A DNA stretch of 64,000 bases from an uncultured Chloroflexia bacterium (GTDB taxonomy: Bacteria > Chloroflexota > Limnocylindria > Limnocylindrales > CSP1-4), in NCBI GenBank assembly GCA_963713975.1, contig OY970218.1, forward strand, positions 1,024,001 through 1,088,000, in the 5' to 3' direction. The notes under the pieces were generated by a model, which was not told the origin of the DNA, ran no database searches, and worked only from the letters and a program-made list of their open reading frames with translations. How positions within the stretch are numbered: position 1 is the first letter of the stretch; each line of letters begins with the position of its first letter. Both the position numbers and the translations under genes were made by a program. Below are positions 35,939-45,459 of this stretch, in pieces.

Positions 35939-36928
35939 TCAGCTCACGGGGACGATGGCCAGGAACTTCCCGTCGCGCCCGGGGTACTTGCCCTCGGGGC
36001 GCTTCCACGGCAGGTAGTTGCGCCGCATCTCCGCGGCATCCTGGTAGACGCCCGGCTTGTCGGACGGGCCCCAGATCCGCGAGATGCGCGGGTACCAGGG
36101 GTCGATGATGTAGGCGCCGGACACCTTCGCGTTCTTGAAGACCGTGGGATCTGCGTCGGCCTTGTAGCCGGTCATGACCCAGGCGTGCGCGCCGCGCCAG
36201 GCCAGCAGGATGGCCGCGTTCCCGGTCGTCGTGATGGCCCTGGCCGCGCCACGGAGCGCGTCGGCCCTCGTGTCGTAGATCCGCAGCTCGTAGTCCACCT
36301 TGCCCAGCTGGTTGAGCGTCGCCACCATGCCCTGCGGCCCGGCCCCGCCGTTGTGGCTGTCCTTGCGGGTCGTGGCCGCGACCTCCAGCTCGCGGATCCG
36401 GGCCTGCCGGACAGGCGTGGTGTCCACCTTTGGCCCGTTCACGTTGAGCGCGATCTGCACCGCAGCAGCGGCACACCACGTGATCCGCTGCTCGCTGGCG
36501 AAGGCAACGGCCGGCTTGGGCTCAATCTTCACCGTCACCGGCTTGCGCACGGGCGCCGGCGTCGGGCTGGGAACCGGGCGGGGAGCCCCGGGTGGGGATG
36601 CGGTCGGCGATGGGGTGGTCGCCCGCGGTGTGGCAGACGGAGCGACGGCCACCCCGGCCGACCGGCTTGGTGAGGGAGCGAGCGCCCGGCTGGTGACGAC
36701 CCCGGCGAGATTCCAGGTCACCAGGCCGATCACGAGTGACGCCACCACGAACACCACCAGGCCCAGGTCCTTGCGCATGGCGGGGTCCCCGTGACCGCGT
36801 CTGGGGGGCGGCGGCTCGTACACGACCGTCGGCTCGATGATAGGCCGCGGTGGCGTCTGCCGAGCGTCGGTCACCGAGGGGCGGCGGTTCGGGACGGGCA
36901 GGTCCGCACGCGGGTCGTGGTCGCTCAT
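35939..36928 (-). CDS. Membrane-anchored papain-fold (C39-like) peptidase domain protein
   Basis: TM helix and Pro/Thr linker, then EQRITWCAAAA, GAHAWVMTGY, IIDPWY (Cys-His-Asp); ATG at 36928 with GGAG SD. Confidence 0.7.
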   Translation of the reverse strand: MSDHDPRADLPVPNRRPSVTDARQTPPRPIIEPTVVYEPPPPRRGHGDPAMRKDLGLVVFVVASLVIGLVTWNLAGVVTSRALAPSPSRSAGVAVAPSATPRATTPSPTASPPGAPRPVPSPTPAPVRKPVTVKIEPKPAVAFASEQRITWCAAAAVQIALNVNGPKVDTTPVRQARIRELEVAATTRKDSHNGGAGPQGMVATLNQLGKVDYELRIYDTRADALRGAARAITTTGNAAILLAWRGAHAWVMTGYKADADPTVFKNAKVSGAYIIDPWYPRISRIWGPSDKPGVYQDAAEMRRNYLPWKRPEGKYPGRDGKFLAIVPVS

Positions 36929-37111
36929 CGCCTGTTCTCCGGACCTCCTCCGGCCATCCTGCACCGGGCACGTCGTGCGCCGCGTCACCCGGCCTCCACC
37001 CAGACGAATCCGAGCCTCCCGGTGTGGCGTCCGTCGTGCCCGCTCGACAGCCTCATCGCACTCGACGGCCCTGTCGGGCCAACGGTTCCCAAGCCCTAGA
37101 TGTTCACGCAC

Positions 37112-37141
37112 TTGCGCAACTACGCAACTCCGGTGTACCGT
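37112..37141 (+). promoter_or_regulatory. Operator/promoter of the second ArsR gene (TTGCGCAACTACGCAACT; -10 TACCGT)
   Basis: 17/18 identical to the sqr operator. Confidence 0.7.
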
Positions 37142-37147
37142 GCGGCC

Positions 37148-37510
37148 ATGGCTTCCCACACGTCGGATCTCGAGCGGTACCGCCGCCACGCTGAGCTGTG
37201 CAAGGTCCTCACGGATCCCAAGCGCCTGATGCTGCTCGATGCGCTCCGGTCCCGGGAGCGCGCAGTCGGCGAGCTCGCGGACGACATCGGCTCGACGCTA
37301 GCGAACACGAGCCAGCACCTCGCCGTCATGCGCGTTGCCGGGTTGGTCTCGGGCACTCGTGTTGGCACCACGGTCCACTACCGCCTTGCGGAGCCCGCGA
37401 TCATCGGGGCCTGTGACATCGTCCACGGGATCGTGGAGCGCCGACTCGCCGGGCGATCTCCCGCCCACGCCGAGGCCGAGACCCCGGAGCCAGCAGTGGT
37501 CCCGGCATGA
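37148..37510 (+). CDS. ArsR/SmtB family regulator with an N-/C-terminal Cys pair (candidate persulfide sensor)
   Basis: AELCKVLTDPKRL, NTSQHLAVMR, YRL...IIGACD. Confidence 0.88.
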   Translation: MASHTSDLERYRRHAELCKVLTDPKRLMLLDALRSRERAVGELADDIGSTLANTSQHLAVMRVAGLVSGTRVGTTVHYRLAEPAIIGACDIVHGIVERRLAGRSPAHAEAETPEPAVVPA

Positions 37511-37513
37511 GCG

Positions 37514-38035
37514 ATGGGTCCTGATCCGATGCCCGCCTCCTGCCCGCTCCTCGCGCTCCGCGACCGTCGCCTGCTGCTCTGGACGGTCCTCTGGATGCTC
37601 GTGTCGGGCATCGCCTTCGGCCTGATCACGGCCATCATCCCGAACCCCGTCTTCGGCCGCCAGATCCCGCCGGAGCCCTTCGCCATCGGTGTCTGGCTGA
37701 TCTCAGCGCCCCTGATGGGCCTGGTAATGGCGACCTACACGACGCCCGTTCCTACGTCGCCCATCGCGATCACCCAGCCGCTGACGCCTGAGCGCCTCGC
37801 GGTCGCGGACGGCCGGTCCACGACGCTCGGCGGGCTGGCCGGGTTTGGCGCCTTCCTCGCCATCGGCTGCCCGGTCTGCAACAAGATCGCGCTTGTCCTC
37901 CTGGGCGCCAGTGGGGCGATGTCGGTGTACGCGCCGATCCAGCCGCTCATCGGCGCCGTGTCGCTGGCGCTGCTCGTGGCCACGGCGGTGTGGCGGCTCC
38001 GGCTGCGCGCGAATGGGGCCGCCTGCCCGGTCTGA
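37514..38035 (+). CDS. Membrane protein with GCPVCNK motif
   Basis: About 4 TM helices, LAIGCPVCNK, C-terminal ACPV; follows the ArsR gene by 3 nt. Confidence 0.75.
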   Translation: MGPDPMPASCPLLALRDRRLLLWTVLWMLVSGIAFGLITAIIPNPVFGRQIPPEPFAIGVWLISAPLMGLVMATYTTPVPTSPIAITQPLTPERLAVADGRSTTLGGLAGFGAFLAIGCPVCNKIALVLLGASGAMSVYAPIQPLIGAVSLALLVATAVWRLRLRANGAACPV

Positions 38036-38094
38036 GCGGCCACGCCGCGTGGGGCGGGGCGTACGCTTGTCTCCCTGTCCGCAAGGACCTTGAG

Positions 38095-38553
38095 CGTGAC
38101 GGCGAAGCGAGCGTCGTCGCGGCCACGGCGGATCGTCACGAGCACCCAGAGCACCCGGGAATGACGGTCCCTGACGTGAGCACGGCGATCGTGCGCTACG
38201 ACTCGGGCCCGGTGGGCGCCTTCACCGCGACCTGCATCCTCGGCGGGACGTCCGCCCATGAGGTCCGGTTGTTCTCGGATGACCTGACGATCACGATCCG
38301 CCAGCAGGGCGTCCTGTACGAGGACGCCCGCACGAAGGCCGTCACGGCCACGGACTGGTTCACCGGCAGCCGGCTCTGGGGCGTCACCGCGACGCGCTAC
38401 GTGCCCACCGGCAACGACCCCTTCCGGGACGAGGACCGCGCGTTCCTGGATGCGATCCGCCACGGAGACACGAGCCGCCTCTTCAGCAACTATGAGGACG
38501 CGCTGTTGACCCATCGCCTGACCTGCGCCATCCGCTCGGCCGCGGAGGCGTAG
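38095..38553 (+). pseudogene. C-terminal fragment of a Gfo/Idh/MocA oxidoreductase
   Basis: PDVSTAIVRYDSG...FTATC and DPF..EDRAFLDAI...YEDAL are present; the NAD-binding N-domain is absent. Confidence 0.6.
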
Positions 38554-38562
38554 GGGTCCGCG

Positions 38563-40908
38563 TCAGGCGGCCTCGGCGGCGGGCGCTGCCTCCGGGTGCT
38601 CGTCGCCGAGCGCCACGTAGAGCTCCTCCTCCTGGGCCATGTGCAGCCTCAGGATCGCGTCCAGACCGTAGAGGACGCGACGCAGATCGGTCAGGTCCTC
38701 AGGACCCGGGCCCGACTCCGGGATCTCGGCCACCAGCCGGTCCATGAGCCGGATCAGGTGGAAGATCTCAGTGTGCGTGCGGTGAAGGGCAGCCGTGACA
38801 TCGTCGTTGCCAACCGCGCTCGCGAGCAACGGGAAGATCTCGCGATCCTCGCTCTCCTCGTGCGGGATCAGTGTGCCCGTCAGGAAGGCGCGGACCTGGT
38901 GCAGCTCGATCAACGCCTGCTCCGGCGGCATCGAGCCGAGCCCGTCCGCGAGTGCGCGGATCCGGCTGATCGGGGCGGCGAGCTCGCGGTGCTCGCTGCG
39001 CAGCCGGATGCTGATCTCGGTCCAGCCGGGGATCCTGGGGGTCTTCTCGAGGCCCCCGGACAGCGCCCGCAGCGCGTTGAGGATCACGATCACGTCGATC
39101 GCCTCCTGGAGCAGGGCGCCGGCGACCGGCGGCAGCGCGCCCGTCATCGCGAACAGCATGGCCGCGAAGGACAGGCCCATGCCGACCACGACACTCTGGA
39201 TGGCGATCTGCCGCGACCGGCGGGCGATCAGGATCGACTCCGGCAGCCTGTCCAGCCGGTCCACGGTGATCACGACGTCCGCGGCCTCGGAGCTTGCCGT
39301 CGCGCCGCGGGCGCCCATCGCAACCCCCACGTCCGCGGCCGCCAGCGCCGGCGCATCGTTGATCCCGTCACCCACCATCACCAGGATGCCGTTGGCGTCG
39401 GCGCGCTCGCCCATGACCGCATCCACCTTGTCGGCCGGCGTGCGCTCCGCGAGCACGCTGTCCACGCCGATCGCCGCGCCGACCATGTCCGCCACGCCGT
39501 AGTGATCCCCGGTCACCATCACCGTGCGCCGCACGCCGGCCCGCCGCAGGGACCGGATCACCCGCGGGGTCTCGGGTCGGACGGGGTCATCGAGCACCAG
39601 CGCCCCGACCAGCGCCCCGTCCACCGCCACGAACACGCTCGTTGCGCCCTCGAGGCTCACGCGACGCCGGACATCGCGGGCCCAGCCGGGCAGCCCGGCA
39701 CCACCGCTGGCGTAGTCGGCCGTTCCCGCGAGGACCGCTTGTCCGCCAACGCGACCCGAGACCCCGGAGCCGGGAACCTCAACGACGCCGTCCGGCAGGA
39801 CGAGCGCGACGCCTCGCTCGCGGGCGCCGCCCACGATCGACGCGGCCAGCACGTGCGGCGACAGCTGCTCCAGGGAGGCGGCCAGGCCCAGCACGTCGTC
39901 CGGGGACCAGCCCGGCGCGGTCACGACATCGGCGAGGTGGGGGCGCCCCGCCGTCAGCGTGCCGGTCTTGTCGAACAGGAGGACCTTCGCCCTGGCCAGG
40001 GACTCGAGCGCGCCGCCGCCCTTGACGATGATCCCCCGCCGGGCGGACCGGCTGATGCCGGCCACGATGGCGATCGGGACGGCGAGCAGCAGGGGGCATG
40101 GGGTTGCCACCACGAGGACGGACAGCGCCCGGACCGGATCTCCCGAAAGGATCCAGGCCAGCCCGGCCATGCCCAGGGCGAGCGGGACGAACAGCAGCGC
40201 ATACTGGTCGGCCAGCCGCACGAAGGGGGCCTTCGATGACTGGGCCTCCTCCACCAGGCGGACGATCCCGGCATAGGTGCTGTGCTCCGCGGTGGCGACC
40301 GCGATCAGGTCGAACGGTGCGCCGGCGTTCACGGTGCCCGAGCTCACCGGATCTCCGGGCTCGCGCGTAGCCAGCCTGGCCTCGCCGGTAAGCGCGGATT
40401 CGTCCAGCACGGCGGCGACGCCGGTCACGGTGCCATCCACCGGAACGACCTCGCCGGGCTTGATCAGGATCCGGTCACCGACCTCGACCTGTGCGATCGG
40501 TCGGTCGGCGATCGAGCCGTCCTCGTGACGATGGACGATGCGCGGCGCGCGCGACACCAGCGCCGACAGCTCGCGATGTGCCCGGCCAGCGGCATAGCGC
40601 TCCAGCCAGTCGCCGGTGGCCAGCATCACGGCGATCACCGCCGCCGCCAGGGACTCGCCCAGGAGCAGGGCGCCCACGATCGCGAGGACGGCGATCACAT
40701 CGACCCCGGCCTCGTGGTGCAGGAGATCCCGGACGATGGAGATGGTGAGCCAGACGCCGACGAGCACGGCAGGGACCGTCCATGCCCACCAGGCCAGCGT
40801 GTCGTTGCCCGCGACCACGGCGATCAGGCCGATGATCAGGCCACCGAGCGTCAGGGGCAGCATCACGCGCTCGGTGATCGAGTCGAGCGCCTCGAGGAAC
40901 CGCGTCAT
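38563..40908 (-). CDS. P1B-5 type heavy-metal ATPase with C-terminal hemerythrin domain
   Basis: TGE, TPCP, DKTGTLT, GDGINDAPAL, QEAID; hemerythrin EH...HEESED...H...HMAQEE. Confidence 0.9.
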   Translation of the reverse strand: MTRFLEALDSITERVMLPLTLGGLIIGLIAVVAGNDTLAWWAWTVPAVLVGVWLTISIVRDLLHHEAGVDVIAVLAIVGALLLGESLAAAVIAVMLATGDWLERYAAGRAHRELSALVSRAPRIVHRHEDGSIADRPIAQVEVGDRILIKPGEVVPVDGTVTGVAAVLDESALTGEARLATREPGDPVSSGTVNAGAPFDLIAVATAEHSTYAGIVRLVEEAQSSKAPFVRLADQYALLFVPLALGMAGLAWILSGDPVRALSVLVVATPCPLLLAVPIAIVAGISRSARRGIIVKGGGALESLARAKVLLFDKTGTLTAGRPHLADVVTAPGWSPDDVLGLAASLEQLSPHVLAASIVGGARERGVALVLPDGVVEVPGSGVSGRVGGQAVLAGTADYASGGAGLPGWARDVRRRVSLEGATSVFVAVDGALVGALVLDDPVRPETPRVIRSLRRAGVRRTVMVTGDHYGVADMVGAAIGVDSVLAERTPADKVDAVMGERADANGILVMVGDGINDAPALAAADVGVAMGARGATASSEAADVVITVDRLDRLPESILIARRSRQIAIQSVVVGMGLSFAAMLFAMTGALPPVAGALLQEAIDVIVILNALRALSGGLEKTPRIPGWTEISIRLRSEHRELAAPISRIRALADGLGSMPPEQALIELHQVRAFLTGTLIPHEESEDREIFPLLASAVGNDDVTAALHRTHTEIFHLIRLMDRLVAEIPESGPGPEDLTDLRRVLYGLDAILRLHMAQEEELYVALGDEHPEAAPAAEAA

Positions 40909-40937
40909 CCCGCGGATGGTATCGACTGGCCCGCCCG

Positions 40938-41645
40938 TCAGGCCGTGCCGGTCGGCCCGGATCGCGAGTCGCGGCGGCCCCTCGCACCGGGTCCCTCGCC
41001 GGCGCCCAGGAGGTCATCCGCCCATGAGGCCACGCCTGGCCAGACGCGCTCGACGCCCGCCGCCAGGAAGTCGGCCTCCCTGGTGGTGGTCCCGACGGCA
41101 GCGAACGACGCGCCGGCGGTCGCCGCCATCTCCAGGTCGACGGGCGTGTCGCCCACGTAGACGGTGGCTGCCGGCGCCACCCCGAGCTCGTCCAGCGCGC
41201 GCAGCAACGCCTCCGGATGCGGCTTGGAGTGCGTCACGTCGTCCGAGTACCAGGCGGTCTCGAACACGCCGCCCAGGTTGAGGCGGGCGATGCTCGGCTC
41301 CACGACACCCCGGGTGCTCGCCGTCACGAGACCCACCCGCACGCCATGGCTGCGCAGGCGGCGGAGCGCGGCCCGGGCCCACGGCATGGCGCGTGGCCGC
41401 ATCCGTCCCATCTCGTCGGCCCAGCGGTCGGCCATCTCGTCCCACAGCTCCTCGGGGATGCCGAGCTCAGCGTAGGACCGGCGCCAATCGGGCGTATACC
41501 GCTCGCGGAACCAGGACCGGCTCATCGTGATGCCGTAGTGGCCCAGGGCGGCGACGTTGGCGCGGTAGATCATGCCCATCGTGTCGACGAGCGTGCCGTC
41601 CCAATCGAAGACGGCGGCGGCGGGAAGCGGGCGCGATGCTGGCAT
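40938..41645 (-). CDS. HAD-IA family hydrolase (phosphoglycolate phosphatase-like)
   Basis: FDWDGTLVD, KPHPE, YVGD; ATG at 41645. Confidence 0.9.
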   Translation of the reverse strand: MPASRPLPAAAVFDWDGTLVDTMGMIYRANVAALGHYGITMSRSWFRERYTPDWRRSYAELGIPEELWDEMADRWADEMGRMRPRAMPWARAALRRLRSHGVRVGLVTASTRGVVEPSIARLNLGGVFETAWYSDDVTHSKPHPEALLRALDELGVAPAATVYVGDTPVDLEMAATAGASFAAVGTTTREADFLAAGVERVWPGVASWADDLLGAGEGPGARGRRDSRSGPTGTA

Positions 41646-41683
41646 GAACCGATCGTACGTGAGGCGGCGGCGCGGGACGGGCC

Positions 41684-42331
41684 TCAGCCGGCAATCCCGA
41701 GCGCGATGGCCACCAGGCCGAATGCCCCGATCAGCACCGCCGAGCCTGTGTTCAGCCAGCGCACCGCTCGCGGAGTCAGGCGGGCTCGCAGGCCGACAAT
41801 CAGGCCAGTGAGCAGCGCCCACCAGGCGACGGATCCCAGGAACACGCCGGAGACCACGGCCACGGCCCCCGCGGGTCCCCCGGTGCCGGCGCCGATGCTC
41901 GCGAACAGGGCCGCGAAGCTCAGGATCGTGGCCGGGTTGGTCAGCGTCAGGCCGACCATCGACGCCCATGCCCCCGGGTTGCCGCCCCGGGGGGCGGCCG
42001 AGACCTCCACGGGATTGGCGCCAGCAGCCGCATCGGCACCTGTGGCACGGGCCGCCCCCAGGGAGCTGGCCGCCAGCGCGACCAGCACTCCGCCGCCGAC
42101 GATGCCCAGCAGCTGGTCGACGCCCACCAGCAGCTCCGTGATCGCGGTCAGCCCGAATGCGGCTACGGCCGCGTACGCGGCGTCGGCGGTCGCGACACCA
42201 AGCCCGGATGCGAATCCGAACGCCCAGCCCCGGTCAACGGTGCGGCGGATCACGATCAGGCCGATGGGGCCAAGGGCGAACGCGATGGCGAACCCGATCG
42301 CCAGGCCGCGCAGGAACAGGTCGAGGGTCAC
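41684..42331 (-). CDS. LysE family transporter
   Basis: GPIG...GLGVATAD, LTNPATI, FLGSVAWW. Confidence 0.9.
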   Translation of the reverse strand: MTLDLFLRGLAIGFAIAFALGPIGLIVIRRTVDRGWAFGFASGLGVATADAAYAAVAAFGLTAITELLVGVDQLLGIVGGGVLVALAASSLGAARATGADAAAGANPVEVSAAPRGGNPGAWASMVGLTLTNPATILSFAALFASIGAGTGGPAGAVAVVSGVFLGSVAWWALLTGLIVGLRARLTPRAVRWLNTGSAVLIGAFGLVAIALGIAG

Positions 42332-42413
42332 GGTCGGGCACTCTCCGACAGGGCGGGCGAGCCCTTGACGCAGCGCCCCGCCGGTCGGCGCGGGCGCCTG
42401 GGCGGTGCCGGCG

Positions 42414-44321
42414 TCAGGGTGTGGGCGACGGCTTGGGCGCCGCGGTCCCCTTGCCCCTGAGCACGACGCCGGTGATGGTCGCGTAGTGTGAGTAGTACGT
42501 CTTCTGCCGGAGCTTCTTGCCGTTCTCGTACACGGTGACAGTCCGCCACACGTCGAACCCGTTCACCGGGTACTCGACGCGCTCGGACTGGCCGGGGCGG
42601 AGGCTCGAGGTGTACTGGACGGAGTCCGTGGCCGTGTGCCGGTTCTTGATCGTCGGGGCACTGATCACGACCTTGCGTCCGACCGGCACGCTGTACAGCT
42701 GGAACGTCACATAGCCGATGCTGCCCTTGCGGGTGTTGATGCCGCGGATCAGCACCGGGTACCTGGTGTCGTTGGTCCAGCTCATGGTCTGCTTCGAGCC
42801 GCCTCCGGAGATGAACACCGTCGCATCGAGGCCGACCGGGTAGCGGTCGATGTAGTAGTAGTGGTTGCGGCGGGCGCCCATCTTGTAGCCGGCCCGGAGC
42901 GCCGCGTTGAACAGCGTCGTCGAACAGGAGCAGATCCCGCCGGCGAGCGCCCCCTGGGGCGCGGTCCTGCCGTCGATGATGGCGCCGCCCTGCTTGTAGC
43001 CCTGCTCGCGGGTGACCGGCCCGGTGGCCTTCCAGAAGTCGAAGGTCTCGCCCGGCGCCACGACGTAGCCGTTGATCAGCCTGGCCGGGATCCAGATGTT
43101 CGCGCCGAAGCCGTTGTTCACATAGATGTGGAACCACGTGGTCCACCTGCCCTTGGGCAGCGCCTTCATCTTCGGGGCGACCGCCTTGGCCTCCGCGGTG
43201 GTGAGGACGGGCTCGGTGATCGCGACCGCGGGCTCGATCGGCCCGTCGGGCGTTCCGGCCTGGCGAGCCGCAAGGGCGCCCATGACGAGGCCGCGGGTCG
43301 CCTCCACATCCAGCTTCCTGCCCTCCCGGCTCGCGGAGCCCGCGACGACCTTGCCCCCGGACAGCTTGAGGCCGGCGTTCGCCACGGCCTGGTTCACATC
43401 CTTGGCGATCGGCTTGACCAGCGGATCGATCCCGGTCTCGTCCACCACAACCTCGACGGTGCCACCGGCGGCCGGCGCGAACGAGATCAACTTCCGGAGC
43501 TTCTTGCCGGGGATCGTCCACGACGCGTCGCCTCGGGTGAGCACGAGGTCCTGGCCCATGCGGACGGCGGCGGTGGTCGCGGCCTCGACGTCGGCACTCT
43601 CGGTGTCGGGCGCGCTCGTGGTGAACGGGATGTCGATGCGGCCGTCGGCCGGGGCGTCGACGCGCGAGAGGGCCTCGTCAAGGGCCGCCAGCAGCGCTTG
43701 CTGGTCCACGGTCCGACCCTCGACGGAGGGGGTGGTGCTGTACGAGCCGTCGTCGGCCACGGCCAGAGTTGCATTGACGGGCTCGCGATCGATCGTCCTG
43801 GCGATCGCGGCGACCGCCGCCGCGAGGAGCGCCGGGTCGTGGGTGACTGCCGGCGCAACGGTCGCACCGCGGATCGCGGTCTGCGGTGCCCCGATGAGGT
43901 CCGCGACCGGCTGGCCCAGGCGCCCTGCCGCCATGGCGGCGGCGAGCATCGCATTGGTGTCGGGTCCGCGGCCGAGCTCGCTGAACGAGATCGTGGCTTC
44001 GCGGTCGGGGCCGGCCAGCGTGATCGTCCCGGCGCCGAGCGTCCCGTGGGCGCCACCGATCGCGGCCGTGGCCGCCTCGGGCGTCATGCCCGAGAGGTCC
44101 ACGCCACCGGTGCTCACGCCCGGCAGGATCCTGCCGGTGTACTGCTGGCCGTAGGCGTAGAGCCCGGCACTGCCGACTCCCACGACGAGCAGGGCACCCA
44201 GAACGAACGCGATCGCGAACCTGGCGCCGAGTGCCCGGCCGCGGTGCGAAGGAGGCGGCGCGACGGGCTCAGGGGACGCCGGAACGGCTTCGGTGGGCGC
44301 CGGGGTGGATTCGGTGGACAT
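42414..44321 (-). CDS. VanW family protein with PG-binding-4 repeats
   Basis: TM helix, ILPGV, VAPGETFDF, GGICSCSTTLFNAAL, YPVGLDATV. Confidence 0.88.
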   Translation of the reverse strand: MSTESTPAPTEAVPASPEPVAPPPSHRGRALGARFAIAFVLGALLVVGVGSAGLYAYGQQYTGRILPGVSTGGVDLSGMTPEAATAAIGGAHGTLGAGTITLAGPDREATISFSELGRGPDTNAMLAAAMAAGRLGQPVADLIGAPQTAIRGATVAPAVTHDPALLAAAVAAIARTIDREPVNATLAVADDGSYSTTPSVEGRTVDQQALLAALDEALSRVDAPADGRIDIPFTTSAPDTESADVEAATTAAVRMGQDLVLTRGDASWTIPGKKLRKLISFAPAAGGTVEVVVDETGIDPLVKPIAKDVNQAVANAGLKLSGGKVVAGSASREGRKLDVEATRGLVMGALAARQAGTPDGPIEPAVAITEPVLTTAEAKAVAPKMKALPKGRWTTWFHIYVNNGFGANIWIPARLINGYVVAPGETFDFWKATGPVTREQGYKQGGAIIDGRTAPQGALAGGICSCSTTLFNAALRAGYKMGARRNHYYYIDRYPVGLDATVFISGGGSKQTMSWTNDTRYPVLIRGINTRKGSIGYVTFQLYSVPVGRKVVISAPTIKNRHTATDSVQYTSSLRPGQSERVEYPVNGFDVWRTVTVYENGKKLRQKTYYSHYATITGVVLRGKGTAAPKPSPTP

Positions 44322-44423
44322 CGGAGCGATCTCTGAGATTGGAACGGGAGCGGATCCTAGCAGGGTCGTCCAATCGGGGCCCGCGAACGGACGTCCTGGG
44401 CCCCTGTGTGACTCCCCGGTCCG

Positions 44424-45458
44424 CTACGGGTTGCGCGGCAGGACGACCACGCGCCGGTTCGGCTCCTCGCCGATCGACTGCGTCGAGACTCCGTCGTTGT
44501 TGCGCAGGGCGAGATGGATCCAGCGGCGCTCGAGGGCCGGCATCGGCTCCAGCTGGAGCATCTTGCCCGTCTCGACGACGCGGTCGGCCGCACGGGTCGC
44601 CAGGTCGGCGAGCTGGCGCTCCCGCCTGCCCCGGTAGTCCTCGACGTCGACCAGCACACGGGTCCACTGGCCGGTACGGCGCGAGAGCATCAGGTTGACC
44701 AGGTGCTGCAGCGCCGAGAGGCGCTCGCCCTTGCGGCCGATCAGGGATCCCAGCGCCTCACGATCCGGGCCGTCACCGACCACGTTGAGGCGGCTCGTCT
44801 CACCCTCGCGGATCTCGACCGTGACGCCCTCGAAGCCCAGGTGGCGCATGACGGTCTCGAGGATCTCGCGACCCGCGGCCAACGCCTCGGGGGTCGCCTC
44901 CGCCGCCTCGAGCTCTGCACGCTCCATGGCGAGTGAGCCGCGCGCGGTGGTCACGGCAGCGACCTCGGCAGCAGAGAGCTCGGAGCCGCCGGGCGCCGGG
45001 CGGTTGTCGCTACGCGGCCCCTGGTCGCCGACAGGGCGGTTTGCGGGGGCGCGGCGCGGGCCGCGGTCGCCGGACGGACGGTCACCGTACTCGCGACGCG
45101 GGCCACGATCCTCACGGGGACCCCGATCGCCGTACTCGCGACGCGGGCCGCGGTCGCCGGACGGACGGTCACCGGACGGACGGTCACCGTACTCGCGACG
45201 CGGGCCACGATCCTCACGGGCCGGCGGGGGGGGCAGGGGCTTGGATTCGGCTGCCTCACGCTTGGGGGCGGAGCCGCCGAGCGCACTGCGGGGCGCGGCG
45301 ACGATCCGGGCGGGCTCGGCACCCATGCCCAGCACGCCACGGCTGCCGGGCGTGAGGATCTCGAAGTCGAGATCCGCCAGCCCGACGCCAAACTGGTCGC
45401 AGGCGGACTTGATGGCCTCCTCGACAGACTTGCCGGTGAAATCCTGGTACTCGCTCAT
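44424..45458 (-). CDS. jag: RNA-binding protein Jag/EloR (KhpB)
   Basis: FTGKSVEEAI (Jag_N), KH motif LIGRKGE, R3H motif MPALERRWIH. Confidence 0.93.
   Translation of the reverse strand: MSEYQDFTGKSVEEAIKSACDQFGVGLADLDFEILTPGSRGVLGMGAEPARIVAAPRSALGGSAPKREAAESKPLPPPPAREDRGPRREYGDRPSGDRPSGDRGPRREYGDRGPREDRGPRREYGDRPSGDRGPRRAPANRPVGDQGPRSDNRPAPGGSELSAAEVAAVTTARGSLAMERAELEAAEATPEALAAGREILETVMRHLGFEGVTVEIREGETSRLNVVGDGPDREALGSLIGRKGERLSALQHLVNLMLSRRTGQWTRVLVDVEDYRGRRERQLADLATRAADRVVETGKMLQLEPMPALERRWIHLALRNNDGVSTQSIGEEPNRRVVVLPRNP
45055..45220. repeat. Imperfect tandem repeats encoding the (GPRREYGDR)-type linker of Jag
   Basis: 48-nt duplication (45071-45118 and 45173-45220) plus a third partial copy. 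Confidence 0.8.
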
Positions 45459-45459
45459 A

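Noticed and set aside
32303-42414. Prophage/ICE integrated at ssrA
   Set aside because: No integrase, phage or conjugation genes, and no attR duplication visible.
45055-45220. Repeats as a possible CRISPR array
   Set aside because: In-frame coding repeats with no unique spacers and no cas genes.
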